Below, piece after piece: positions 1 to 10,263 of a stretch of 64,000 nt of DNA. Position 1 is the first letter of the stretch; every line of letters begins with the position of its first letter. The notes under the pieces were generated by a model that did no database searches, was not told where the DNA came from, and worked only from the letters and a program-made list of their open reading frames with translations. The translations under genes were made by a program, and so were the position numbers. The stretch comes from an uncultured cyanobacterium (GTDB lineage Bacteria; Cyanobacteriota; Cyanobacteriia; PCC-9006; JAAUQQ01), in assembly GCA_963718615.1 (NCBI GenBank), contig OY970368.1:1952001-2016000 (forward strand). The letters are read 5' to 3'.

Positions 1-2233
1 CGATGGAAAAACCGTCAAAGACATCCGCAAATTGTTCAGCCAAGACAACGTTGCTGGGTACTTCGCACATGACATAAACTTGCAGGCCATTCTCGCCGCG
101 CTTCAGGCCATTCTTGGCCATTTCTTCTAGGACCCGCTGGCCCTCGGCAGGGGTGCGACAGAAGGGAATCATGGGGATCACGTTGTTAAGGCCCATCTCG
201 TCGCGGACCTGTTTAATGGCTTGACATTCTAAGGCATAGGCATCGCGATAGTTGGGATCGTAATAGCGGGACGCACCCCGCCAGCCAATCATCGGGTTTT
301 CCTCTGCGGGCTCAAACTGCCGCCCCCCAAGTAAATTGGCATATTCATTGCTCTTAAAGTCCGACATGCGCACGATCACGGGTTTGGGATAAAAAGCTGC
401 CGCGATCATGGCAACGCCCTGGGCCAATTTATCAACAAAGAAATCGGGTTTGTGATCGTATTGAGCCGTGAGTTGGGCGATCGCCAATTTCACCTCAAAA
501 TCGGTTAACTGATCAAATCGCAATAACGCTAGTGGATGGGCCTTAATTTGATTGGCAATAATGAACTCCAATCGCGCCAAACCCACCCCATCACAGGGGA
601 TCGCGGCTAATCCGAACGCTTCATCGGGGTTACCCACATTCATCAGAATTTGAGTGCGGGTGCGGGGCAATTCATCCAGGGCAGTTTCTTCCAGCACAAA
701 AGGCACCAATCCCGGATAAACCCGTCCGGTCTCGCCTTCAGCACAGGAAATCGTCACCGCTTGACCGCTTGCTAACACCTCCGTGGCATTGCCACAGCCG
801 ACAATGGCTGGAATTCCCATTTCCCGAGCAATAATGGCAGCGTGGCAGGTTCTTCCCCCTTGGTTTGTGACAATCGCACTGGCCTTTTTCATAATGGGTT
901 CCCAATCGGGATCGGTTCGGTTCGTAACCAAAACCTCACCCGCTTGAAACTCAGCAATGCGATGAACCGTTTCAATCACACGAGCCTGTCCTTGACCAAT
1001 GCGATCGCCCACGGCCCGCCCCGTGACCACCGGAGTTGGCAGATCATCCACGGTCAAGCGATAGCTCAAAAGGCGATTGCCCGATTTCTGGGACTGAACT
1101 GTTTCCGGACGGGCTTGAACAATAAAGAGCTCGCCCGTTTGGCCGTCCTTAGCCCACTCAATGTCCATGGGCGTATCCACACCCCGAACCTGAGAATAGT
1201 GATTTTCGATAATGCAGGCCCAGCGTGCCAGGGTCAAGATTTCCTCATCGTTAATGGCAAACCGATGGCGATCGCCCTCCGGCACCGAAATATTTTTCGT
1301 CAGCTTGCTGCCCCCGAGATCGTAGACCATTTTGATTTCTTTGCTGCCCAAACGCTTCGCCAAAATTGGGCGAAAGCCCGTTTGTAAGGTTGGTTTAAAT
1401 ACAAGAAACTCATCGGGATTGACGGCTCCTTGCACGACATTTTCGCCCAAACCGTAGGCCGCCGTGATCAAAGCTGCATGCTTAAATCCGGTCTCCGTAT
1501 CAATCGAAAACATGACGCCAGAGGCTGCGAGATCCGATCGCACCATCTTTTGAACGCCCACGGATAACGCGACCTCAAAATGGTCAAATCCTTTGAGCGT
1601 CCGGTAGGAAATCGCCCGATCGGTAAAGAGCGAAGCGAAGCATTTGTGACAGCATTCCAGCACCTGTTGAACACCATGGACATTCAAATAGGTTTCCTGC
1701 TGCCCCGCAAAACTGGCGTCGGGCAAATCCTCTGCGGTAGCGCTAGAACGCACCGCCACGTCAATGTCGTAATGACAAGCCCGTAGCCGATCCTGTTCCT
1801 CTGCGGGTAGACGGGGGGAGAGCTCAGTCTGGTTGGCAATTTTTGCACCGTATTGTTCACAAAGCTGGTAGTAGGCTGTGGCGATCGCCATCTCCAGATC
1901 CTTGGGAAAGGGGGTGTGCAAAATCAGCGATCGCGCCTGCTTTCCCCGCTGGCGCAAATTGTTGACATCTTCAACCTCTAGATCGGCAAAAATTTGCCGC
2001 AGTTGTGCTTCAATCCCCGCCTGTTTAATAAAATGGCGGTAGGCATAGGCCGTTGTGGCAAAGCCATTGGGGACCAAAATGCCTTGGGGCACTAATTGTT
2101 GAATCATTTCCCCCAGGGAAGCATTCTTGCCTCCCACCAGAGGGATATCGGTGATCCCCACTTCTCCAAACCCTAAAATTAAGGCTTGATCGCGGCTGGC
2201 TTCTGGAACAATACGGGGCGTGGTGTTAATCAT
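1..2233 (-). CDS. ppsA: Phosphoenolpyruvate synthase (3' end runs off the window)
   Basis: Manual translation from ATG at 2233 gives MINTTPRIVPEASRDQALILGFGEVGITDIPLVGGKNASLGEMIQQL...VPNGFATTA. It later contains VAVRSSATAEDLPDASFAGQQET and GGRTCHAAIIARE (phospho-His), and ends at the window edge in ADVFDGFSI. It is missing from the ORF track because its stop lies outside the window. Confidence 0.96.
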   Translation of the reverse strand, partial: MINTTPRIVPEASRDQALILGFGEVGITDIPLVGGKNASLGEMIQQLVPQGILVPNGFATTAYAYRHFIKQAGIEAQLRQIFADLEVEDVNNLRQRGKQARSLILHTPFPKDLEMAIATAYYQLCEQYGAKIANQTELSPRLPAEEQDRLRACHYDIDVAVRSSATAEDLPDASFAGQQETYLNVHGVQQVLECCHKCFASLFTDRAISYRTLKGFDHFEVALSVGVQKMVRSDLAASGVMFSIDTETGFKHAALITAAYGLGENVVQGAVNPDEFLVFKPTLQTGFRPILAKRLGSKEIKMVYDLGGSKLTKNISVPEGDRHRFAINDEEILTLARWACIIENHYSQVRGVDTPMDIEWAKDGQTGELFIVQARPETVQSQKSGNRLLSYRLTVDDLPTPVVTGRAVGDRIGQGQARVIETVHRIAEFQAGEVLVTNRTDPDWEPIMKKASAIVTNQGGRTCHAAIIAREMGIPAIVGCGNATEVLASGQAVTISCAEGETGRVYPGLVPFVLEETALDELPRTRTQILMNVGNPDEAFGLAAIPCDGVGLARLEFIIANQIKAHPLALLRFDQLTDFEVKLAIAQLTAQYDHKPDFFVDKLAQGVAMIAAAFYPKPVIVRMSDFKSNEYANLLGGRQFEPAEENPMIGWRGASRYYDPNYRDAYALECQAIKQVRDEMGLNNVIPMIPFCRTPAEGQRVLEEMAKNGLKRGENGLQVYVMCEVPSNVVLAEQFADVFDGFSI

Positions 2234-2719
2234 TTTGACAAACTCCCATTCAAACAAATATTGTTCAAATCGCGTAATGACTAGTTTTATTATGGAGAAA
2301 AATCTAATGCAATCGATTCCTTATAAAGGCAAGGAAGAATCGTGCTAAATTAGGCTTCATCTAGTTTCTAATTAGCTCATCTCTCAATGAATGAATGATT
2401 GAATGAAATGAATCTTGGATGCAATGAATTTAGACTCTGCTCTCTTAATGACCGTTCTAAGTATACAAAAATTTTTAAATTAAATCTGGCTTCCGGGAAA
2501 GCCTTGATTTTTCTAAAGGTTTTTTGATAAACAACATTTTTGTTTCCAAAGTTTGAGATTTAAATTAGGATTAAACGGCAGGTTTTGGTGTGCGCTTAGG
2601 ATCGGCGCTTGAAAAGACGAAGTCGATACAGTCTTTTCGGATTTTTGGGTGTACGGTATTGGGATGTACGGTGTAATGAAATGTAATGAGAGAAGGGTTG
2701 CCCTAGTAGTAGAAACATA

Positions 2720-5460
2720 ATGATGAATGCCATCCCTTTGAATCAGCTGAGTCAGCCTCTTTGTCCTGATCCTGCACATGATATTTTGCGCTGCGATCGC
2801 CAACCCCTCACCCCCTTTTTTGCGCCTCAAACGGTCGCGGTGATTGGCGCAACAGAGCGATCGGGCAGTGTGGGCCGAACTCTATTGTGGAATTTAATTA
2901 GTAGCCCCTTTGGCGGAACCGTGTTTCCGGTGCATCCTACCCATGCTCAAGTGCTGGGGATCAAGGCCTACGCCACGATTAAAGATGTTCCGGAAGCCGT
3001 TGACTTAGCCGTGATTGCGGTGCCAGCCCGGCGAGTGCCTGAGATTGTGGACCAGTGCGGAGCCGCTGGGGTTAAGGGGATCATTATTCTTTCCGCTGGA
3101 TTTCGGGAAATCGGGCCAGCGGGAATTGAGCTAGAACAGGCGGTGTTGGCGGCGGCGCGACGACATTCGGTTCGGATCCTGGGGCCAAATTGTTTGGGGT
3201 TGATGTGTCCCACCAGTGGCCTCAATGCCACGTTTGCAGGGGCCATGGCCCGCCCCGGTAATGTGGGGTTTGTGAGTCAGAGCGGTGCGCTTTGTACGTC
3301 AATTCTGGACTGGAGTCTGCGGGAAAATGTCGGGTTTAGCGCCTTTGTGTCGATTGGCGCAATGCTGGATGTGGACTGGGGGGATTTGATCTATTACCTC
3401 GGGGATGATCCCGCAACCCACAGCATTGTGATTTATATGGAAGCGATCGGCAATGCGCGATCGTTTCTGTCCGCCGCTCGGGAAGTGGCCTTGAGCAAAC
3501 CCATTATTGTGATTAAGGCCGGTCGAACCCAGGTGGCGGCCCAAGCGGCAGCCTCCCATACGGGGGCAATGGCGGGGAGTGATGACGTTCTCGATGCGGC
3601 TTTCCGGCGTTGTGGGGTGCTGCGGGTGAATACGATTGATGAATTGTTTAACTTGGCGGAGGTTCTGGGCAAGCAGCCCCGTCCTCGGGGCAAACGCCTA
3701 ACGATTTTGACCAATGCAGGTGGACCGGGGGTATTGGCCACCGATGCCCTCATCCGAGGGGGGGAGAGTTGGCTCCCCTCAGTCCTGAAACCCTAGCGCA
3801 GCTGGATCAGCTATTGCCCCCCCATTGGAGCCGACAGAACCCCATTGACATTTTGGGGGATGCCACCCCGGAACGCTATGGCGCAGCCCTGGATGTCCTG
3901 GCCCAGGATCCCCACAGCGATGGCCTGCTGGTGATTCTGACGCCCCAGGCGATGACGGATCCCACAGCGACTGCTGCACAACTACAAAGCCGCACAGAGC
4001 ACTGGAAGGATAAACCCCTCTTGGCCAGTTGGATGGGGATGGAAGCCGTGGCCGCAGGCGAAGCCCAGCTCAATCAGAGCGGCATTTTTACACTGCCCTA
4101 TCCCGATGCGGCGGCTCAGGTCTTTACGCTGATGGCGAAGTATAGCGACAACCTGCGCGCCCTCTACGAAACGCCCAGCTTGGCCAAGGTTTCAGCGGTG
4201 GATGCCATTCCCATCGATAGGTTGTTGAACCAAGCGCGCCGGGAGCATCGGCTGCTGTTGAGTGAGTGGGAATCCAAACAATTGCTCCAGTCCTATGGCA
4301 TTCCGACGATCGCAACTCATCTCGCCCAGTCCGCTGATGAAGCTGTGGCGATCGCCCAAACCCTCGGTTACCCCGTAGTCCTCAAACTCCATTCCCACAC
4401 CATCACCCACAAAACCGATGTGGGCGGTGTCCAGCTCAATTTGCCCGATGAGCAAGCGGTGCGATCGGCCTACGACGGGATTCAAGCGATCGGCCAGCCG
4501 GGAGATGTGCTGGGGGTGACGGTACAACCCATGGTGACTCAGCAGGGCTATGAACTGATTATTGGCAGTAGCGTTGATCCCCAGTTTGGGCCGGTGTTGC
4601 TGTTTGGCAGTGGGGGGCAGTTGGTGGAGGTCTATCGCGATCGCGCCCTCGGTCTACCGCCGCTCAATACCACCTTGGCTCGGCGTCTGATGGAGCGGAC
4701 TCAGATTTACAAGGCTCTCCAGGGGGTGCGGGGCCAATCCAGTGTCGATTTGGCGGCGTTGGAACAGTTGCTGGTGCGATTTAGCCAGTTGGTGGTGGAA
4801 TACCCGGAAATCAAGGAAATCGAAATAAATCCTCTCTTGGCCTCTGCCGATCAGCTCTTGGCGCTGGATGCGCGGGTGGTGTTGCATGGGCCAGAAATCA
4901 CGCGGGAGCAGTTGCCCAAATCGGCGATTCGTCCCTATCCCAGCCAATATATCCAACCCTGGACCTTAAGGAATGGAACGCCGGTCACCATCCGACCCAT
5001 TCGCCCGGAGGATGAACCGCTGGTCGTGACGTTTCACCAAACCCTCTCGGAGGAAAGCGTTTATTTTCGCTATTTTCATTTGATTAATCTGCAAGCCCGC
5101 ATTGCCCATGAGCGGCTCACTCGCATTTGCTTTATTGATTACGACCAGGAAATGGCTTTGGTTGCGGAATATGTTGATCCCACGACGGAGGAGCGCAGAA
5201 TTTTGGGGGTGGCTCGCCTCAGTCGGTTGCATGGTCAAAATGCGGCGGAGTTTGGCATGTTGGTGAACGATCGCCATCAGGGTCAGGGGTTAGGAACGGA
5301 GTTGTTGCGATCGCTGTTGCACATTGGTCGAGCGGAGGGACTGGCCCAGATTTCGGCAACGATTTTGTCGGATAATCGGGTGATGCAGCATCTGTGTGAG
5401 AAGTTGGGCTTCCGGCTACAACGGCGGGGGAGTGAGGTGCAGGCGGTTTATTCGCCTTGA
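2720..5460 (+). pseudogene. Bifunctional acetate-CoA ligase (ADP-forming)/GNAT acetyltransferase (Pat/YfiQ-like), split by a 1-nt frameshift into ORFs 2720-3796 and 3769-5460
   Basis: The first ORF has the CoA-binding domain (VAVIGAT, GPNCLG, SQSGAL, ASHTG, TNAGGPG). The second has the ATP-grasp region (HKTDVGGV, DPQFGPV) and a C-terminal GNAT (IRPIRPEDE, QGQGLG). The frame break is in G7 at 3758-3764; G8 restores ...[14 protein letters not shown]. May be a sequencing error. Confidence 0.85.
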
Positions 5461-5522
5461 TATCGATTGTTGGCGTATTCGCTGTAGAAGTGTCGATGTT
5501 TCTCACAATCCCCTAATGATCC

Positions 5523-8500
5523 TTACAAGCCGTTTCCAATCAAAATAAACGGAGCCCAGTAGTAGGGATTGCTCAGTTGCTCGTCTGTCATGGCGCTGCC
5601 AGTTTTGGTGCTGACGACTTCGATGCCAGCGCGTTTTAGGCCCACGGTGGTGTAGTTGCTGGAGATGAGTGCTTTTTGAGCTTCTTGGAGGGCTTGGGCT
5701 TTGGTCATGCCTTTCTGTAGAGCAGCGTAGAAGGCATCCATTAGCAATTGGGTGCCGCCGTCATCGACTTGCCAGAGGGAGGCTAGGGCGGCTTTGGCCC
5801 CGGCACGTTGGAATTGGTAGCCTAAGCCTAGGATTTCTTCTCCTTCACCGAAGCTGCCCCCAATGCCGGTCTCACAGGCGGAGAGGACAACCAGTTCTAC
5901 GTCGGTCATGGTGAGATCTTTAATTTCTGGGAGAGGAATCGTTTCGCCGCTGCCGAGGGCGAGGAAGGAGTTGTTGGCATCACCGACGACGAATTTGCCA
6001 TGGGTTGCAAGGTGAATGATGCTGAAGTTATTGAGCTCAGGCATAAGATTCTTGCGATCGAAAGTTTGCTCACGCAGGACTTTTGTGGGGAAAAGCTGGG
6101 CGAGCGAATCGACTTCGTTGAGGGTGAAGGGTATGCCGCCGAACCGAAAATCTTGATTTCCGACTTGGATACTGCGAGATTGGTTACCCCAGGCTCCGGC
6201 GAGGATGCGGGGCGCGGTTTGGGGGGCGGTATCCAATTCAGTCAGGGATTGGGCGACGATGTTGTTGGTGCGGTAACGCTCGGCAATCCATTGGTTGCCA
6301 TCGTACAGGGCGGCGAGGGGAATGTAGCGGAGAATACCGTCGGGGGCGTAGATAAGGGTGTCGGGGTTGGCGGCTTCGAGGTCGGCTTCGAGGGGTTTGA
6401 GCAGCCAGGTGTAAAGTTGTTGAGCTAACCGTTTAGTTTCTTTGATATTGTTGGGGGATTGCAGGGCGCTACGGTATTGGGTGACGGTTTCCCGCAGTTT
6501 TTGGGCGTCGAAGTTGTTAACGGTTCGGCGAAGGGGTGGGCTGTTGGGGGTGGTGATGATGAGTTCGAGGCGATCGGGGAGAATGAGGGGGGAGATGAGG
6601 ACGGCTTTGGTGTTGCGCAGGTTGTCGCGCAGGTTGTTGAGGTCTTCGAGGGGGACGATTTGTCGGGAGGTTTTTCGGCTGACTTGGTTGAGCAGGGTTT
6701 GGATGGGGTCGCTGTCGATGAAGGTGTTGAATTGGTGATTAAGGTCTTTTTCGAGGGCGACGAGTTGGGCGAGGCGGTTTTCTTGTTGGGGGCTGAGAGG
6801 TTGTTGGGTTTTAAGGTGTCGGAGTTGGGTGAGTTCTTGGCCGATTTGGATGGCGGTTTTTTGGAGTTCGTTGTAGCGATCGAGAATTTCTTGCTCGGGT
6901 TTGAGGATAATTAATGGATCGTTGGTTGTGCCACGGGTGTTTTTGAGGTAGTCTTCGAGCTCTTGGACTTTGAGGAGATCAAGGACTTGTTGGGCTTCGA
7001 GGATGCGGTCTTGTTGGAGGAGGAGGTCGGCGAGGGTGCGGTAGGTGTCGGAGATGGAGTTGGTGTAGGATTCTTGGATTTCGCGTTCAAGGCGGGTGAG
7101 GTTGCCGCGAATGTTTTCGTAGGTGTTGATGGCTTGTTTGTAGAAGACGATCGCCAGTTCTGGCTGTTGTTGCTGAATTTGGAGGGCTCCGAGGTGGGCG
7201 AGGGTTTGGGCTTGGGTGGGTCGATCGCCGACTTCCTGGGCAAGGGCAAGGGATTGCTGCAAGGTGGTTTGGGCATCAGCGGTTTGGTTGAGTTGGGTTT
7301 GGGCTTGGCCGATGAAGCTTTGAGTGTAGGCTATGTCTCGTTTTGCGGAAAGTTTTTGGTCAACAGCGAGGGCTTGTTGGAAGAAGTCTAGGGCTTTTTC
7401 GGGTTGGGATTGGGCTAGGTAAACTTGACCGATGCCGCTGAGGATGTTGCCTTCGCGGCTGAGGGCTCCGTTGGTTTGGGTGATGGTGAGGGCTTGTTGA
7501 TAGTAGGTGAGGGCATCGGTGGTTTTGCCTTGAGCAATATAAACTTTGGCAATAACAGTCATTAACTCAGCTTCTAGTCCTTGGGCTTTTAATTTCCGAG
7601 CTAATGAGAGGGCTTGTTCATATTTATCTAGAGCGCGCTGAAACTGGCCCAGTTTGAGATAGACGCCAGCAGTTTGTCCTGCAGATTGAATGATTTGTTG
7701 TTGATCTCCGACTGTTTTGAAGAGTTCCTCTGCTTGTTGAACATATTGAAGTGCAGTAGCATAATCTCCTTGCTCAGAATAGAGTACACCCAAGTTGACA
7801 TATACAGTTGCTTGACCCTCACGATCTTGATATTCATTATGAATTGCAAGAGCTTGTCGATAGAAACTTTCGGATTTTGCCTGTTCACCTTGAGCACCAT
7901 AAATTGAACCAATATTGTTCAATATGCTACCTATTGCACCATGAACAGAATTACTCATTCGCTGAATAGCATCAATCGAACCTTTTGTTGGCTTAAGAAA
8001 TGCTTGGAATTCTTCACCACAGTCAAAAATCTCTGGAGGCGTATCAATGCCTAAATCACAGTGTAATAGTCGCAAATTTTCTGGAGTCGGACCTTTTGCA
8101 AGCTGATTGTAAGTCTTTTGAGAAGATGCAAGAATTTCCTGAAAAACAGACAAAGCATTATCATATTGACCTTGTACAGACCAAATTTTTGCAATATTAT
8201 TCAATATGATTTCTTTTGGTTCTTCAGAGTCAATTAACAAAGCTTGCTCATAAACGGACAAGGATTTAGTATAATTACCTTGATTTTCATAGATTGAAGC
8301 AATTCTAATAAGGACGAAAGCCTTGTAAAAATCAGATGTTTTTGCGTGATAGCTTTCCAATTGTTTATTTAGAAAATCTAGTCCCTTTACATATTCTCCA
8401 CGAAACTCATAAATATTTGCTATGCCCTGAAAGAGTACCATTTCAGCAAGATCGACAACTACCTGAAAGTCTTTAGAGTAATTTTGCCCAGAATTTATAT

Positions 8501-9383
8501 TCGACTCTCTTAGTGCTTGAGAAATAGTGAGTGCATTTTTTGCTTTTAAAAGGTATTCGTCGAAGTATTCTGGTTGATTAAGTTCTTCTACCCAAGAGGC
8601 ATAAATCATAAATTCTGAAAAAAGAGCTATGGACTCATTCTCTTTTTCCTCAGATGCTTTCGCCGCTTCTCGCATTTTGGGCATAATAGCTATGGCTTCT
8701 TCATATCGCCCAGATTCTCTCAAAGCATCAACTAAGTCATCATAAGTATTGAATATTGTGTCATAAATATTTTTAGCATCTTCAGGTATCCTAGTAAGGA
8801 CTTGCTCTTGAAGTGATAGAGACTGTCGATAAACTTCGATTGCTTGTGAGTATTGCTGTTGGGCTTGAAATGAGTTGCCTATTATTCGCAGACTTGAAAT
8901 AATCCAAGACCAATTATCAATTTCCTTAAAAACTGTCAGTGCCTGTTGCGCGTGACTCAGAGAGTTGTCAAAATCCCTCTGACCAAAATAAGTGAGAGAA
9001 AGATGCATCAGAAGGGTACCTTCTTCTTCACGATCGCCCAATTCCCTCCTAATCACAAGCGCCTGCTGATAAAAATCCAACGCTTTTTCGCTCTCCTTTA
9101 GCCCAGCATAAACATCACCAATTGCTTGGAGAGAGGTAGCTTGCCCAGAGCGATCGCCCACCCGCCGAAAAATCCCCAAAGCCTGCCCAAACGTTTCTAA
9201 CGCATCCTGCCACTTCCCTTGCAGCCGTAACTCTTCCCCGGCCTGGTTCAACCGAATCGCCTTCTCTCGCTGCCCCTCTGCCGTTTGTGCCAGCGCGATT
9301 GCCTCCGGCAACCCCAACCCCGTCACGCTAAGCCCCAAGCAAGTCAAACCCAACAGTCCTCCAATCCCTAATTGAGCCTTCAT
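5523..9383 (-). CDS. TPR-CHAT protease 1 with N-terminal signal peptide
   Basis: Hydrophobic leader ending ALAQ, many 40-aa TPRs, and a CHAT domain with HLATHG, VLSACETG and terminal YYWAPFILIGN. ATG 9383 preferred (AGGGG upstream) over GTG 9392. Confidence 0.92.
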   Translation of the reverse strand: MKAQLGIGGLLGLTCLGLSVTGLGLPEAIALAQTAEGQREKAIRLNQAGEELRLQGKWQDALETFGQALGIFRRVGDRSGQATSLQAIGDVYAGLKESEKALDFYQQALVIRRELGDREEEGTLLMHLSLTYFGQRDFDNSLSHAQQALTVFKEIDNWSWIISSLRIIGNSFQAQQQYSQAIEVYRQSLSLQEQVLTRIPEDAKNIYDTIFNTYDDLVDALRESGRYEEAIAIMPKMREAAKASEEKENESIALFSEFMIYASWVEELNQPEYFDEYLLKAKNALTISQALRESNINSGQNYSKDFQVVVDLAEMVLFQGIANIYEFRGEYVKGLDFLNKQLESYHAKTSDFYKAFVLIRIASIYENQGNYTKSLSVYEQALLIDSEEPKEIILNNIAKIWSVQGQYDNALSVFQEILASSQKTYNQLAKGPTPENLRLLHCDLGIDTPPEIFDCGEEFQAFLKPTKGSIDAIQRMSNSVHGAIGSILNNIGSIYGAQGEQAKSESFYRQALAIHNEYQDREGQATVYVNLGVLYSEQGDYATALQYVQQAEELFKTVGDQQQIIQSAGQTAGVYLKLGQFQRALDKYEQALSLARKLKAQGLEAELMTVIAKVYIAQGKTTDALTYYQQALTITQTNGALSREGNILSGIGQVYLAQSQPEKALDFFQQALAVDQKLSAKRDIAYTQSFIGQAQTQLNQTADAQTTLQQSLALAQEVGDRPTQAQTLAHLGALQIQQQQPELAIVFYKQAINTYENIRGNLTRLEREIQESYTNSISDTYRTLADLLLQQDRILEAQQVLDLLKVQELEDYLKNTRGTTNDPLIILKPEQEILDRYNELQKTAIQIGQELTQLRHLKTQQPLSPQQENRLAQLVALEKDLNHQFNTFIDSDPIQTLLNQVSRKTSRQIVPLEDLNNLRDNLRNTKAVLISPLILPDRLELIITTPNSPPLRRTVNNFDAQKLRETVTQYRSALQSPNNIKETKRLAQQLYTWLLKPLEADLEAANPDTLIYAPDGILRYIPLAALYDGNQWIAERYRTNNIVAQSLTELDTAPQTAPRILAGAWGNQSRSIQVGNQDFRFGGIPFTLNEVDSLAQLFPTKVLREQTFDRKNLMPELNNFSIIHLATHGKFVVGDANNSFLALGSGETIPLPEIKDLTMTDVELVVLSACETGIGGSFGEGEEILGLGYQFQRAGAKAALASLWQVDDGGTQLLMDAFYAALQKGMTKAQALQEAQKALISSNYTTVGLKRAGIEVVSTKTGSAMTDEQLSNPYYWAPFILIGNGL
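7017..7507. repeat. Near-identical ~490-bp segment shared with 11731-12221 (TPR-CHAT 1 vs 2)
   Basis: Base-by-base comparison at constant offset 4714 shows only scattered mismatches. Confidence 0.9.
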
Positions 9384-9418
9384 CGCTATCACCCCTGTTG
9401 ATTATGGTTTACAACATC

Positions 9419-9447
9419 TATACGGTGTAACCCTAGCTAGCTATGCA
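9419..9447 (-). promoter_or_regulatory. Cluster promoter motif TGCAT-N18-CGTATA upstream of TPR-CHAT 1
   Basis: Minus strand reads TTCCAGATTGCATAGCTAGCTAGGGTTACACCGTATAGATGT. Confidence 0.75.
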
Positions 9448-9473
9448 ATCTGGAAAGATAGAAGAGTCTGTAT

Positions 9474-9971
9474 TTAGGACAAATTCTCCTCATCCACAAG
9501 CTCCAAAACTCGCTGATATAGCTCTGTTGCTATCCAAAAACCAGCTTGATGGACTAACGCATCCAGCAAGGGTTTTACTTTTACAATAAGTCCTCGATTC
9601 TTTGCCTCAACCAATACCCCCAAAATGCCTGTAAAGCGAAGGTTCAATCGAGCTGCGACCAGGCGTCCCCGATGCTCATCCATCAAGAGTTGCTCAGCCT
9701 GAACTTCGACGGCCAAGGCGATCGCTTCTGCTTCTCCCAGATCCAACTCATGACTCAACACGTTAACCAAAGTGCGATCTTTGACGGAATGAGTTGTAAT
9801 CCAGTCAAACGTTTGCACTTCTACTGACCCTGCCACTGGAAAATTTGGGTTGGTTAATTCTCGATAAACAGCCTCAGGAATCAGAATTGTTCCATAGAGA
9901 TCTCGCAAAAGATATAGGTGAGCAATTGCCGCTAAGTTATTAATGGGGGATGTATCACTAACTACAATCAC
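9474..9971 (-). CDS. PIN-domain protein (DUF3368-like), putative toxin
   Basis: MIVVSDTSPI...IPEAVYRE...LDLGEAEAIALA...LLMDEHRGR...TGILGVL; overlaps the upstream small gene by 4 nt. Confidence 0.85.
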   Translation of the reverse strand: MIVVSDTSPINNLAAIAHLYLLRDLYGTILIPEAVYRELTNPNFPVAGSVEVQTFDWITTHSVKDRTLVNVLSHELDLGEAEAIALAVEVQAEQLLMDEHRGRLVAARLNLRFTGILGVLVEAKNRGLIVKVKPLLDALVHQAGFWIATELYQRVLELVDEENLS

Positions 9972-10213
9972 AATCGACCCATCTCTCGCAAATTATTCAA
10001 ATCCTGTTCAAAATCTTCAACTCCGTAGTGAATCGGGATCTGACGACTGGCTAGCAGGTGCTGAAACATCACACGATGCATGCTGGCAAAGCGGCTAGCT
10101 TGGGCCAGCGTCAGCTTGTCTTTTTGAAATAGCATGACTGCGATCTCTTGACGCATTTCACTGGGAGTCATCCGAGCGACAGTCAGAATTTCGCTGGGAA
10201 TTAGAACACTCAT
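9968..10213 (-). CDS. UPF0175-like protein, putative antitoxin
   Basis: 81 aa with EIAVMLFQKDKLTLAQASRFA...HYGVEDFEQDL; AGGAGG RBS upstream; translationally coupled to the PIN gene. Confidence 0.85.
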   Translation of the reverse strand: MSVLIPSEILTVARMTPSEMRQEIAVMLFQKDKLTLAQASRFASMHRVMFQHLLASRQIPIHYGVEDFEQDLNNLREMGRL

Positions 10214-10263
10214 ATCTCACCTCCTGATCTATAACCTAGTCTAACGAAGTTTATGTCTAGCGC

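Noticed and set aside
842-1786. ORF-track entries 842-1387, 1468-1683 and 1580-1786
   Set aside because: Antisense or out-of-frame to ppsA, which occupies 1-2233 on the minus strand.
2300-2425. TGCAT occurrences upstream of ppsA (and at ~50384 before the DnaJ gene) as cluster promoter copies
   Set aside because: No matching hexamer at 17-18 nt spacing; these serve as informal negative controls for the motif.
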